A DNA stretch of 64,000 nucleotides from a cyanobacterium endosymbiont of Rhopalodia gibba. GTDB taxonomy: Bacteria > Cyanobacteriota > Cyanobacteriia > Cyanobacteriales > Microcystaceae. Shown in pieces: positions 24,987-37,640 of this stretch (positions are counted from its first letter, which is position 1; every line of letters begins with the position of its first letter). The DNA is taken from NCBI GenBank assembly GCA_045159875.1, contig CP067995.1, positions 928,001 through 992,000 on the forward strand, read 5' to 3'. Under the pieces are notes generated by a model. That model had not been told where the DNA came from. It saw only the letters and a program-made list of their open reading frames with translations, and made no database searches. A program made the translations under genes and the position numbers.

Positions 24987-26210
24987 TTAGATTATTGCCC
25001 CAAGTGCTGCTTCTAATGCAATTGAAATATGAGTCCAATGAGTTCCCCCCTGGCAAAAAACGATGTAAGGTTCTCGTAGGGGTCCGTCAGCAGAAAGTTC
25101 TGAGGTACTTCCATCCACAAAAGTTCCTCCAGCCATCACTAATTGACTTTCATATCCTGGCATTGTAGCGGGAACGGGGTCTAGATAGGAACCTACTGGA
25201 GAACAGCTTTGAATTGCTCGGCAGAAGGCAATTAATTTCTCTGGAGAACCTAGTTGAATTGCCTGAATAACATCCCGACGGGGAACCAACGGCAACGGAT
25301 TAACAGGATATCCTAATTTGTTGAAAACATGGGCGATTAAATGAGTTCCTTTGACTGCTTCCCCTACTATTTGTGGGGCTAAAAACAATCCCTGAAATAA
25401 CAACCGATTTTGATTAAAAGTTGCTCCTCCTTCTGTGCCAATTCCTGGAGCAGTTAAGCGACAAGCTGCCATTTCTACCAACTCTTTTTGTCCTGCAATA
25501 TAACCTCCGGCCGTGACTAAAGTTCCCCCAGGATTTTTAATCAAAGAACCTGCCATCAAATCTGCACCGACGGCTGTAGGCTCAATGGTTTCAATAAATT
25601 CCCCATAGCAATTATCCACAAAACAAACTGTATTAGGGTTTTGCCGTTTAATGACAGCAATAATTTCTTCTATTTCTGCAATCGAGAGGCTTTTTCGCCA
25701 AGAATAGCCACATGAACGTTGAATCAGAACAAGTCGAGTATTGTCCCTAATAGCAGTTTTTAAAGTTGCCCAATCGAGGGTTCCTGAATCAAGTAACGGC
25801 ACTTCTCGGTAATCAATGTTAAACTCCTTCAAGGAACCTTGATAATTCCCTCGTAGTCCGATAACCTCTTCGAGGGTGTCATAGGGAGAACCAGTAACTG
25901 ACAACATTTCATCCCCTGGACGGAGAATACCGAATAAAGCACAGGTTATCGCATGGGTCCCTGAGACAAATTGTACTCGAACGACAACTGTTTGAGCTCC
26001 CATAACTTCTGCAAAAACCTTATCTAGGGTTTCTCGTCCTAAGTCGTCGTGTCCATAGCCACTAACACTGGCAAAATGGTGAACTCCAACCCGGTGAAGA
26101 CGAAAAGCACTTAAGATTTTTTTGAGATTTTGCTTGACCTTCGCGTCGATTTCCGAAAAAATTGGAAGGAGTTCTTTTTCGGACTCTTCTAGAATCGTTC
26201 TGCTTTTCAT
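24987..26210 (-). CDS. PLP-dependent methionine gamma-lyase / aluminium-resistance (YnbB-like) protein
   Basis: SGYGHDDLGR, FVSGTHAI, DNCYGEF, AGSLIKNPGG and GSTSELSADGP; ATG at 26210. Confidence 0.9.
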   Translation of the reverse strand: MKSRTILEESEKELLPIFSEIDAKVKQNLKKILSAFRLHRVGVHHFASVSGYGHDDLGRETLDKVFAEVMGAQTVVVRVQFVSGTHAITCALFGILRPGDEMLSVTGSPYDTLEEVIGLRGNYQGSLKEFNIDYREVPLLDSGTLDWATLKTAIRDNTRLVLIQRSCGYSWRKSLSIAEIEEIIAVIKRQNPNTVCFVDNCYGEFIETIEPTAVGADLMAGSLIKNPGGTLVTAGGYIAGQKELVEMAACRLTAPGIGTEGGATFNQNRLLFQGLFLAPQIVGEAVKGTHLIAHVFNKLGYPVNPLPLVPRRDVIQAIQLGSPEKLIAFCRAIQSCSPVGSYLDPVPATMPGYESQLVMAGGTFVDGSTSELSADGPLREPYIVFCQGGTHWTHISIALEAALGAII

Positions 26211-26308
26211 TTGTTTTCCAAAAGTACAATTCCCTTGCCAATGATTACTGATTCTCAAGGCGAAACAGTTATTTCTGTCAAATATGGGAATCTAGGCTAG
26301 TTCAATTA

Positions 26309-26317
26309 TGGTATAAT
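26309..26317 (+). promoter_or_regulatory. Extended -10 promoter candidate for desC
   Basis: TG-G-TATAAT about 140 bp upstream of the desC ATG. Confidence 0.5.
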
Positions 26318-26453
26318 GCGAGGATAATCGTTTTCGTGAAAACCCTAATAATCTAATTTTCATGACCGATTTTCTTCATAATTGAAAAGCTAGTTTTTAA
26401 GTTACGCACTTTGGCATAACCTCGTCTGAATACGTTTACATTTAGGTTACTAT

Positions 26454-27278
26454 ATGACTGTTGCTACCGCTCAAAAACTTCCCCTCGACTGGACAGTTAT
26501 CATATATATGGCTACGATTCATCTAGTAGCATTACTGTCTTTATTGCCTAGCAATTTTAGTTGGGGAGCAGTTGGTGTTACATTTTTTCTATATTGGGTA
26601 ACAGGAGCTTTAGGGATTACCCTAGGATTTCATCGTATGGTTACTCATTCTAGTTTTCAAGCTCCAAAATGGCTAGAATACACACTCGTTTTTTGTGGAA
26701 CTTTAGCCTGTCAAGGTGGACCCATTCGATGGGTTGGTTTACATCGACTTCATCACAAGTATTCTGACACTGAAAAGGATCCTCATGATTCCAATTTAGG
26801 ATTCTGGTGGAGTCACATGGGATGGATGCTACATGAAATTACTGCTGATAATGAAGTTCCCCGTCATACTCAAGATATCGCGGAAGAACCCTTTTATCAA
26901 TTTTGTCAAAAGTATATGATTCTGATTCAAATGGCATTAGGAGTACTCCTTTATTTCTTAGGAGGATGGTCTTTCGTTATTTGGGGAATTTTTGTTCGTC
27001 TAGTAATAGTTTTTCATTTTACTTGGTTTGTCAACAGTGCTACCCATAAATTTGGCTATCAAAGTCATGAATCTAACGATCATTCTAAAAACTGTTGGTG
27101 GGTGGCTCTTCTTACTTTTGGAGAAGGTTGGCACAATAATCACCATGCTTATCAATATTCTGCCCGTCATGGTTTAGCTTGGTGGGAAATTGATATTACT
27201 TGGATGACCATTCAAGTATTAAAATCACTAGGGTTAGCAACTAATATTAAATTAGCTCCAAGTCGAGAAACAAACTAA
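26454..27278 (+). CDS. desC: Acyl-lipid delta-9 desaturase
   Basis: His boxes HRMVTH, HRLHH and HNNHH; GEGWHNNHH motif. Confidence 0.95.
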   Translation: MTVATAQKLPLDWTVIIYMATIHLVALLSLLPSNFSWGAVGVTFFLYWVTGALGITLGFHRMVTHSSFQAPKWLEYTLVFCGTLACQGGPIRWVGLHRLHHKYSDTEKDPHDSNLGFWWSHMGWMLHEITADNEVPRHTQDIAEEPFYQFCQKYMILIQMALGVLLYFLGGWSFVIWGIFVRLVIVFHFTWFVNSATHKFGYQSHESNDHSKNCWWVALLTFGEGWHNNHHAYQYSARHGLAWWEIDITWMTIQVLKSLGLATNIKLAPSRETN

Positions 27279-27339
27279 TTTACTTTTAAAAGTTACCTGA
27301 ATTTTCTGGGGTAGGTATTGCTTGTCCCAGAAAATTTAG

Positions 27340-28500
27340 GTAATTTAGTTACTAGTCCTTTCAATTACAATCGTAATAATTTACCGTAAACTTCTTCGAC
27401 GGATAATTCTATATTTTAAGCAATCCTATCAAAGAGAGTGAGATTTAGTATGAATACTCTAAAATAATGCTAAATAAATCCGATGCTAACTCACACAAAG
27501 GGTTAAGCTTTAGTAAATTTAAAATAGGTAATTTTTTTGCTGTTTGAGTGAGGTTTGGAATTGATTATAACATCTCTAATGATTACTCCTGCGTGACGAT
27601 TATTTCTATTTTGTCATGAATTTTATTTATAAATTATTTTAAAAAACTCTCATCTGTTTAACATTCTAAAAATTTGAAAAAGTATAGACATTTCATCTAG
27701 ATTAATTAACACAACGCGCTGTAATTGATATCCTACATTTTTCAGTAATTTCCATTATTGATTTAGATTTAAACCCATAATAACGCGATTCTGCGCAAGA
27801 GAATAATTACAATTATCTAGAGTTTCTACGATAATTTTACTTAAAATTAAGCTCTGTTGTTGAATATTTTGATGTAATTGATGATGATTTAGACGTATAT
27901 ACTCTATCAAGTTCTATTCCTAACATAGGATAGGATTCTATCTCCCGCCTCTAAAACAAAACTTCGTATATAGACAACTTTATTAATGCGAGCAATTATT
28001 CCTGAAATTACCGTCAAACTATGTTTAACTAAAGCCATATTGAACAGTATAAGTCTAATGGCGATCATGTTCTGTGAATTAACAGGTACCGAGAATATGA
28101 ACGTTTCAAATAATCTCTTGATTTTCTTAGAAATTGACCTGTCTTTGACAGTGTAAAGATGGGGCAGATTAAAAATTTCTTTTAAGAAAGGGGAATAGTT
28201 AGTATTGGCAGGAATTCAAAAGTAAGATCTTTTTATAAATGTCCTTTGAGTGATTGGATAGGATTAATTTACAGTTATATCTCAATAATTTTAAGCTGGA
28301 TTTAAACTCGATTTCTTCGATTCTTGTTTGGTTACTGCCTAGGTAATTTGTAAGCTCTTAAGATATTGTCCAATACACTTAAGTAATATAGGTCCGAACC
28401 ATTTTATTTTTGATCTTACTGTCCAATAGATTCATCTTTAATTTACTAATTTTTTTTTAACAGATTAACAATTAATTGATCACTAAACAGTCCGAAAACT
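27340..28500 (-). pseudogene. Unidentified decayed gene of about 1.1 kb
   Basis: Protein-like fragments in shifting frames (VHILGTC*FTEHDRH*TYTVQYGF; LILSKIIVETLDNCNYSLAQNRVIMGL); bounds approximate. Confidence 0.35.
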
Positions 28501-28795
28501 AAGATGTTTCTTAACTGTTGTCCAGTATAGATAAGCTTTTTTTATAATGTTTTCTGTTAATTTATTAATACTTAAAAGTGTTTAAAAAATCAATTTCAAG
28601 AGTAGTATAAAGTCTTTTAACTCGTGGGTTAGGGTGAATTGTTTAATCAGATATTGTGATTAATTAATAATGATTGTCTACCCACTCTACACCAAGGTTT
28701 AACATTTTGCCGATAAATAGGCTTTAAGATTGTATTGGGAGTATTCTTCCTCCCTTCTTCCTCTTCCTTTTCCTTTTCCTTTTCCCTTTTTTTAT

Positions 28796-29791
28796 ATGCA
28801 GGTTATTCTTTTTGGAACCCCCCAATTTGCCGTCCCTACGTTGCAACGATTGCTAGATCATCCTGATTGTAAAGTTATAGGAGTCGTTACTCAACCCGAT
28901 AGAAGACGGGGACGTGGTAAGCAATTAGTACCTTCTGCTGTCAAAAAAGTTGCTCTACAACATAATTTACCTGTCTGGCAACCTAAAAGAATCAGAAATG
29001 CGCAAAAAATCCTGTCTGAGCTTAGAGAAGCCCGGGCAGATGCCTTTGTTGTGGTGGCTTATGGACAAATTCTGTCCCCTGAGATCTTATCTATTCCTAA
29101 ACTGGGCTGTATTAATGTTCACGGCTCAATTTTGCCCCAATACCGCGGAGCGGCCCCCATTCAGTGGAGTGTATATAACGCGGAGCAACAAATAGGGGTT
29201 ACTACTATGTTAATGAATGAGGGAATGGATACAGGAGATATATTGCTTAAATCTGTGAAATCTATTGGCTTATTAGATAATTATCAGCAAATTGCTGAAG
29301 AACTGGCTCAAAATGGAGCAGATTTGTTGTTAGAAACCTTACAAAAACTAGAAGTTGGAGGTATTATTGCCACTCCTCAAGATCCAACAGAAGCCACCTA
29401 CGCCCCACTAATTCAAAAATCTGACTATGAAATTAATTGGTCCAAATCTGCAATCGCCGTCCATAATCAAGTGCGGGGATTCTACCCTAATTGTATCACC
29501 AATTTCCGTGATCAATCCCTGAAAGTTATGGCGACCATTCCGTTAGAAGATATTGATTGGGAGTCTTTACCCTCGGTGTTTCAACCCCTTCGGCAACAAT
29601 CAACAAAATTACCAACTCTTCAAGGAAAACCAGGGGAAATTATGAGTAACATTAAAAACTTTGGACCTGTGGTACAGACAGGAAGAGGACTGCTTCTCTT
29701 AAGAGAAGTACAATTATCGGGAAAACGCCGTCAGTCAGGGTGGGATTTTTTTAATGGAACTCGTGTAAGTGTGGGAGAAATCTTTTTTTGA
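28796..29791 (+). CDS. fmt: Methionyl-tRNA formyltransferase
   Basis: FGTPQFAV, VVTQPDR, VVAYGQIL, INVHGSILPQYRGAAPIQ; ATG at 28796 after a pyrimidine tract. Confidence 0.96.
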   Translation: MQVILFGTPQFAVPTLQRLLDHPDCKVIGVVTQPDRRRGRGKQLVPSAVKKVALQHNLPVWQPKRIRNAQKILSELREARADAFVVVAYGQILSPEILSIPKLGCINVHGSILPQYRGAAPIQWSVYNAEQQIGVTTMLMNEGMDTGDILLKSVKSIGLLDNYQQIAEELAQNGADLLLETLQKLEVGGIIATPQDPTEATYAPLIQKSDYEINWSKSAIAVHNQVRGFYPNCITNFRDQSLKVMATIPLEDIDWESLPSVFQPLRQQSTKLPTLQGKPGEIMSNIKNFGPVVQTGRGLLLLREVQLSGKRRQSGWDFFNGTRVSVGEIFF

Positions 29792-30791
29792 TTAGCTTTA
29801 AGATGATTTATGGGCTCATATAGATAGTATTCCTCATACTATCGGTTAAAATTTACTAAACAGAGTATTGTTTTCTAAATAGGTTGTAAGACAGTAACCA
29901 GTATTTCCAATGATCCAACAGCTATCCAATAGTTTTTTTCTGAGGGGTTAAGTTGATTAGACCTAAAAAAACTTAGTTCCTTATTTTTTTAGGTGAGAAT
30001 GTTTCTTTTTTGATAAGCAACTATTGAATGACCGATAAAGTAAAAAGTAACTTTGGAAAAAGATATTATGGTGAGCAATTAAGCCCGAAGGATAAATTTT
30101 AAACCCTAAAATTAAATAATTCCCAACTAATAAAATAAAATAACTCCTCAATTACTTCTATTCAAAAGGACGAAGGACAAGTGGACGGAAGTTGGATATT
30201 GACAGATAAACTTGAATATAATCTAGTTCAGAAACATAAAGCAATTGTAAAAAATAAAGGACAGAAAATTGAAAAAACAGAGGAGATTGTCAAAACAGGA
30301 AACGGCTATCGGGACTTTTATAAAGAAATCGATAGCTAAAACTAAGTGCTCTCATACTTGAGCACTGAATCTCAATATTCGGACTATAGCTGTTAATTCG
30401 AGATCTTTGATCATTTATCTCATAACTAGGAATTAAGTTTGATGGTAGAAAGATCTAAATATCTACAGATATTAGTAAAAAAGAGAAAAGTAGCATTTCG
30501 TTAAAAACTTAGATATAAAGGAAAATAGAACGAACGTTTATTCATAAAGAGTTATAGAAAGTCAAGTTTTTAAAAAGTTTTTATAAAAAATATTGTTATA
30601 TTCTATTTGTCCAAAATAATTAAAACTTAAATAAAGAATTATCTCTTAAAGTTAACCGCGATCTTGCTTTAAAAAATTTAAACCAAAATCTAGTCCCCTA
30701 AGTAACTATTTTGTCAACCTCCAATCATAATTAGAATATTTCTCTAACCTAATAAAGGAAGAGGAAAATCTGTACGGAATTTGCTTAAAAT

Positions 30792-32095
30792 CTATTGATC
30801 TAAATTCTCCAAAGCACGATTACGGTATTGTTCGTAGCGTTCTCGTTTATTGCGAACTTTCTGTGGTAATTTCGGGATAATACCAAAATTAGGCGGCATC
30901 GGTTGAAAATATTTGGGAGATGTATTGCTAATAAATTCAAATAACGCTCCTATCATAGTCATTTTAAGAATAGTTTCAGGATTAAATCCTGAAACTACTA
31001 ACCGTACAGTATTTATCCCGGCTAACCAACCTCCAGCTGTGGCTGCTGTATATCCTTCTGTTCCTACTAATTGACCAGCTGCTAATAAGGTAGAACGAGA
31101 TTTAAACCGTAAAGTAGGTTCGAGTAATTGAGGAAAATCAATAAAAGTATTGCGGTGCATGACCCCCATACGAACAAATTCTGCTTTTTCCAACCCTGGA
31201 ATTAATCTAAATATTCGTTTTAGCTCTCCCCAATGCAAATTGGTTTAAAACCCTACCATGTTTCATCAACGACCATTTTTGCTCTTGTGGCGTAGTTGTA
31301 GCACTCCATAAGGGCATTTTTCTTTATTTTCAGGATCGCGGAAGTTTCCTAAACGGGGATTAAATGGTCCTACCGGTTTCACCGGGCTATAGCGGATGGT
31401 ATTTTCTCTGCGCTTAATCCATTCTTCTATAAAAAGACAACCTTCGAAAAATTTAACAGTTTCTTGCTCAAAATCCTTTAATTTTACTTATTATGTTCGA
31501 CATAATTCCTCTCGAAAGTGTAGATATGGTTTTTCTGGCTTCCCCTTTCTTATAACGGGAAGCCAGAAAAACCATATTACGGTTAATGGAATCCCCGACA
31601 ATGATGGGACTAGCTGTATCAAAAAAGCTTAAATAGTCCATTCCTGTAAACTTTCGTAAGTCCTCTGCTAAAGCCGGAGTAGTTAGCGGTCTGGTAGTAA
31701 AGACAATCATCTCTTATGAGGTAATTCTTGCTGTTTCTACTCTTTTTAAAGTGATTAGAGAATGTTTGGCTAGAGCTTGGGTTTATTCATGGTTAAAGAT
31801 TCCTCGAGCTATTGTTAATGCACCTCCTGCAGGGATTGAATTTTTATCGACAGATTGAATGATGATTGATTCTAGATGGCGTAATTCTTCCTGGAAGAGT
31901 CCAGAAACGCGATCGCTTGACATTGCCCTAAAAAAGTTACTACAAACCAATTCAGCTAATTCTTCGCTATGGTGTACTGGACTTGTTGTGTGGGGATGCA
32001 TTATTATGTAGTATAACAGGAACCTCCACTGGGGCAATTTACAAGGCCGCTTTGGCTCCGGCTAATCCTTCCCCAATGACTTGAACAGTGGACAT
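30792..32095 (-). pseudogene. trmFO: Folate-dependent tRNA m5U54 methyltransferase TrmFO (Gid), frameshifted
   Basis: Start MSTVQVIGEGLAG; split ORFs carry [39 protein letters not shown] and FQPMPPNFG in different frames. Confidence 0.92.
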
Positions 32096-32274
32096 ACATT
32101 TTAGATTTGACTAAGATGCTTAGTTTGGTTTAAAGGTTATCGTTCGGCAGAGGCTGAAATATAATTGTAAGGTGGGCAATGTCCGCTTTACAAGATCGAA
32201 GATTTTAGAGAGGCTAATTTTTATTATTAATACACATTTAGCACTACTTAACTATTAATTATTAATAATAATGT

Positions 32275-32550
32275 CCTAAGTCAGAATAGTGAACCGCCGT
32301 TATCCCATCGGGTAAAACCTTGCCTTTTTGGTTACTTTATAAATGTTCCCGTGATAGTCACATTCCATCCGACTGCCTATTTAACACTCTATATAAAATA
32401 ATGCACCTTTCAAAATCAGAAAACTCTTGTCAGTTTTTTTCATTTTTATCTCCTCAAAACGATCTTCTCTAAGTCCAAAAAGTTCAAAAAAATACTTCAT
32501 TCTTTCTTTCGCGACTTCAATGGCAAATCCGGGGGGATTAAAGATAGCTT
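32275..32550 (-). pseudogene. Unidentified pseudogene fragment upstream of trmFO
   Basis: FAIEVAKERMKYFFELFG..DYHGNIYKVTKK..VLPDGITAVHYSDLG across frames. Confidence 0.4.
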
Positions 32551-34065
32551 GAGAGATCTAAGAGGCCAACACCGCTCCTTAACTTTTTCTTCTCGACAAG
32601 TCAGAATACACAACAAACTTAAAATACATTCTAATACTTATTCTGTTCACACCTTTTGGGACTCTATCAACTTAAATATTGATTTAAAGACTATCTTTTC
32701 CTTTAATTACTTTCAATACCTTCAAATGTCCTGCAAGCTGAAACAATGAAATATTGGGGGATAAGATTACTTAATAATTAGAATAGACAATGGTAATTTA
32801 GGAACAATTTATAATACAAATTATATATTTTTTATTTAGTAAATATTAATATGATCGACTACAACATAATCAATAGTTTTAGAATTAAGATATTGTTTAA
32901 AATAATTTGTAAAAAATTTCAGTAAAAGATTTTTTATAGAGATAGACTAGTAGGTATCAATTTGCTATTGTTCTTGATTCTAGGATCACAAAACTAAAAT
33001 ATTAAGTGCCAATAAGAAATATACAAATACTTTTAAATTTTAAAATTATTTTTTAAAAAATGATAAAAAAACTTTTTAAATAAAAATTTAATAATTTATT
33101 AAATTCTAATCTAGGAATAGTAATTAACTGACTTTTATATTAGTTTTTTTAGTAAATTAAAATTTTTTAAAAATCATTCTAAAAAATAGTAAATTATTCG
33201 ATAAATCATTAATAGTTTTTACATTTATTTAGTGTAGATCAAATAATTAAAAGTATTTAGTATGCCCATTCTAAATACTTTTAATTTGTTAGGGACTGGA
33301 TCAATTAATCCAAAATTTAGCTGTTAAGCCTATTTTATAAATAAAAAAATAAACTGTGAAGTTTCTAGGTTGATAGAAATTAGTAAACGAGCTACCTCAC
33401 AGGCTAATTCCTGACCAAAAATAGAAAACTAACTAATTGCAATAAAATCTTATCAGGGGGAAACCTAAGAATTTTGTATCTGAATCCTAGAAGAACTTTA
33501 CAAATATATTCAAGGGTAAAATAAATAACGACAAAAAATAATATTAGAGAATGAACAGAATCGAATAGTAAATTTTTACTATAAGAAAAAAGCTGACAGC
33601 TCAAACATAAAAATTATGTCACTGACAGTGAGTAACACTAACTAAAATGTTCAACAGGCAGAAAAAGTAGGTTGAGTAATATCGAGCTTAGGTATTTTAT
33701 AAACATTGTAGAAACAATAAGAAATTGCTGTTTCTAATCAAACATTTAACCAAGTACTATTACTGACAGCATAAATAAATGCAATGTTGGCAACTCTAGC
33801 AGGACCTTAGACCTAATCAACATATTGAAACCTTAAAAAATCATAGCCAGTCATAGTTAAATATCCTAACCTTGTTAAGGCGATTTTTCTCACCTGATTG
33901 GTTGCCAGAACAGTCTATAAATATCCTAAAATACTTTGTTAACTATGGTTAGCTAACAAAATAGATGAAGATAAAATAGAGAAGAAAATAGTTGTAACTC
34001 CAGACAAAGTCTAATCAGAAGAAGATTTCATCAAACGGTTAAGAATTATTACTTCACAGTCTAAT

Positions 34066-34111
34066 AAAAAAACAAGCTCTTGTTATTTCGATAACAAGAG
34101 CTTGTTTTTTT
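34066..34111 (-). terminator. Perfect 21-bp hairpin with A7/T7 ends downstream of infC (bidirectional terminator)
   Basis: aaaaaaacaagctcttgttat-ttcg-ataacaagagcttgttttttt. Confidence 0.8.
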
Positions 34112-34228
34112 GAAAGTTTAGACTAACTGTAACAAGAAGACGAAATAATCCCCTCAGGCTAAAGAGGGGAGTTAACGAGTTTAATTGCTTGAATGTGACT
34201 AGATTATCAACAGGTTTTTAGTCTTTCT

Positions 34229-34759
34229 TTATTTCTTGGGGGTTAAAAACATCATCATGTTTCGTCCCTCCCGTTTAGGAATTTGTTGAATGTCAGCGAT
34301 ATCTTTAAGATCTTGAGCCATACGGTCTAGTAAATTTAAGGCCAAATTGGAATGTTGAATTTCCCGACCTCGGAATGTAACCGTCGCTTTAACTTTGTCA
34401 CCAGACTTAAGAAAGCGTTTGGCTTGATTAATACGTACTATATAATCGCTTTCGCCGATTTTATAGCGCATCTTTACTTCCTTGACGTCGGCTGTATGCT
34501 GCTTTTTCTTAGCTTCCCTAGCTTTTTTCTCCTGTTCAAATTTATATTTGCCATAATCCATGATTCGGCAGACAGGAGGTTTAGCAGTTTCACTCACCAA
34601 GACTAAATCAAGCTCCTTTTCTTGCGCTATGGTTAACGCTTCCTCAGGAGTCAGAAGACCGACTTGCGCGCCATCGCTATCGATGACTCTGATTTCAGGA
34701 AAACGAATTCTTTCGTTGATTTTGGGGAGATCTCGTTGAGAGCGTCTTTTATCTATCAC
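34229..34759 (-). CDS. infC: Translation initiation factor IF-3
   Basis: [43 protein letters not shown]; non-ATG start. Confidence 0.97.
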   Translation of the reverse strand: MIDKRRSQRDLPKINERIRFPEIRVIDSDGAQVGLLTPEEALTIAQEKELDLVLVSETAKPPVCRIMDYGKYKFEQEKKAREAKKKQHTADVKEVKMRYKIGESDYIVRINQAKRFLKSGDKVKATVTFRGREIQHSNLALNLLDRMAQDLKDIADIQQIPKREGRNMMMFLTPKK

Positions 34760-35608
34760 AGGCGTTTGTTGTTATATCTTAAATAGATGTAGATGGACGA
34801 ACTTAAGTGAATATAGATGAATAGAGTAACTAATTTTATTTTACTAACTTTTAACTAGGTTCTATCTTAAATATGAATATTACTTTTTGTTTTTGGTCAT
34901 CTATCTTAAAAATTGGGCTTTGATTAACTGATGTCGATATCCGATGAATTATAGAAGCTACACATTGACACATTATGCCAAATATGTATTATCTGGAATA
35001 GATAATACAATTACTAATAAGACCACGGTCGACCTCAGAGAATAATTTTCTCTCAGTTTAACACCAATTGTCAATCAACTTTTTAGCTCTCGTTAATTCT
35101 AATCGGATAAAAGCTCACAGAGCCCCAAAAAAGTAAGTCAAGATCGTCTTATGTTTTTTGACCAATATTTTATTTTGTTAGTTCCACATTATTACTTTAA
35201 GGCTTAAAGGTAACATTCAATAACCTAATTTTTCGACTGAAAAAATAGATCTTTAGTGACTGTATTTAAGTTTCCGTAATTGAAAAAACATAGTGTTGAA
35301 CAGTATTGTCCGTATTTTTTAAAAAATTTTGATTTCCCCAAACTCTTTAAAATAAATTATTGTATTATTTTTCTTGATCTCTAGGCTTTTAAATAGTCCA
35401 AATTATTTTTTGCATATTAATAGTCCTATAGTAATCAACTAAATATCACTATTTTAGTGCCAAAAAATAGTTTAATATCTCTCTATAATAAGTAGTTTAC
35501 TTTTCTGACGTCAACAAATATTTTTTATTGACTCAAAAAGTAACTGCTTAATAATTTAATTAGATTTAGAATGCACTTAACAGCTGATAAAAAATGATTA
35601 ATTAATGG

Positions 35609-36271
35609 TTAATTAACTGTCGTATTGAAACCAACGGAAAAGCTAACATTTGTTCCTCCTAACCCACAATAACCCTTAGGATTTTTAGCAAGATACTGTT
35701 GATGATAAATCTCTGCATAGTAAAATTCAGAAGCATCCAGAATTTCCGTAGTAATTTTGCCATATCCCGCTTCAGTTAATGCTTTTTGGTAAACCTCTTT
35801 AGAGGCTTCTGCTTCTTGCTTCTGTTCAGGGGAATAAACATAAATTCCTGAACGATACTGAGTTCCTATATCATTTCCCTGACACATTCCCTGGGTGGGG
35901 TTATGACTTTCCCAAAATATCTTTAACAGTTGTTCATAATTAATAATTTTTTGTTCAAAAACCACTAATACTACTTCATTATGGCCCGTAAGTCCGGTAC
36001 AAACTTCTCGATAAGTAGGATTAGGAGTTAACCCAGCTGTGTACCCTACTGCAGTCGTATATACTCCTTCAAGTTGCCAGAATTTACGTTCTGCTCCCCA
36101 AAAACATCCTAACCCAAACATTGCGGTTTTCATTCCTTCAGGAAAGGGACATTTAATAGGATTTCCATGAACATAGTGGAAAGCTGAGACGAACATTTTC
36201 GCTTCTCGTCCAGGCAATGCTGTCTCAGGAGTAAGTATAGCTAATTTTTTACCAAATCCAAATAATTTCAT
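35609..36271 (-). CDS. msrA: Peptide-methionine (S)-S-oxide reductase
   Basis: GCFWG motif, [21 protein letters not shown] at 36271. Confidence 0.95.
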   Translation of the reverse strand: MKLFGFGKKLAILTPETALPGREAKMFVSAFHYVHGNPIKCPFPEGMKTAMFGLGCFWGAERKFWQLEGVYTTAVGYTAGLTPNPTYREVCTGLTGHNEVVLVVFEQKIINYEQLLKIFWESHNPTQGMCQGNDIGTQYRSGIYVYSPEQKQEAEASKEVYQKALTEAGYGKITTEILDASEFYYAEIYHQQYLAKNPKGYCGLGGTNVSFSVGFNTTVN

Positions 36272-37149
36272 AGTTTCTTTTCCCAAAAGAAAATAAATAT
36301 ACTATTTTTATCTTAAATAGAAAAAATAGCTTCTTCAAAGTTGTGGTTAATCACAACCATATCCATTACATCTATTGTAACTACTGCCGCAACCATACTT
36401 TAGTCCTACTCCTCTATTAGGGTAGAAGATGGCAAATTTCATATATACGTTGTTTCTTCACTACTTAGACTTCCAAAATATTAAATATTATTAATATAAT
36501 TAATCTAATATTTAAGGTATTTTATCAATATTTTATTTACGGTTTAACTTATGCAAAACTTTTTATGGAATAAAATATGTCATTTTAAGTATAACTGTAA
36601 GTCAATTTCTCTGTCGGGAAGAAAACCATCTATAATTAAATATAAGTTTAATAAAAAAGAGTATAAATTTTCTAGAAAAAATGAATTAATTAATTCATTT
36701 TTTTAAGAGAGTCTATTTAAAAGATAGAATAGTCAATATATTACGATTTATGCTTTATATAAATCGGCTGAATGATTCAAGATGTTAGAAGTTAATCAGG
36801 TTTAATTGGCTAAAAAATATCTCACAATTTAATTTATTAATAATAAAAAATACATAATTTTTAATGAATTTAAACAGGGCTTAAGTTATTAATATTTAAC
36901 AAAATTTTTAAAAAAAATCTAAACAAGCTAGTAAATATGTAATGCGCTTACTCAAGTCAAAAAAAGCAAGAATATTCTACGTAATTTTTATGTATAAAAA
37001 TATTAATAAGTAGATTAATTTAAAAAAATTAAATTAATTCAGTTCGTCTTGATAGCCATTCCATTCAACAGAAAATTGTATATATAACTCATAGCAAAGT
37101 ATTGATGAACAATAAACTCCAATTTTTTATCAAAAGTGATCGCTCAATG

Positions 37150-37640
37150 GATGTTAGCAGTCAGAATAGAAGCATAGGACATAAATAAACTAAAATTTTA
37201 TACATAACAATAAGGGAGTTATTCAAACAAATGAAAATAAGGATAACGTTTAGAACCCCTAAGTTTTTTAAGCTCAATTAAAATTACCTTTCCAAGAAGT
37301 ATTCCGTTATAAGTAGGTACTAACTAAATCTCTATAACTGCTAGAAATAATCACCTTAGTTGATCTATACTCTTGAGTGTAAAGTTTGTCTAAAGCTTCG
37401 TGACTTTCAAAGCGGCTCCCCTCAATATGGGTATGCTGGCAGTACCATTCTCCTTGCCAACTTTACTAATGATGACAGTATTAGAAATGAATTAATTCAC
37501 GGGGTTTTCGATTAGCCTCAAAAACCTCATGACGAGGACAAAAATAAATATCTGTTAAAGTAAAAGCAGGAATATACTTGGAGACAGTTAGGAGATTGAA
37601 TCCCTGCCCTGAAAATAGGGTATTCTAGGTCCAAATTTAC
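37150..37640 (-). pseudogene. TIGR02652 / DUF2396 family cyanobacterial protein, pseudogene
   Basis: IPAFTLTDIYFCPRHEVFEAN..WQGEWYCQHTHIEGSRFESHEALDKLYTQEYRSTKVII with in-frame stops. Confidence 0.8.

Noticed and set aside
28741..28795. N-terminal extension of fmt (LPLPFPFPFPFF)
   Set aside because: Translation of a (tttcct)n pyrimidine tract; family homology starts at the ATG at 28796
30000..30400. Possible further IS630 N-terminal relic (a similar trace near 12590-12760)
   Set aside because: Only a few residues (KLNNSQL) resemble the family; too weak to call
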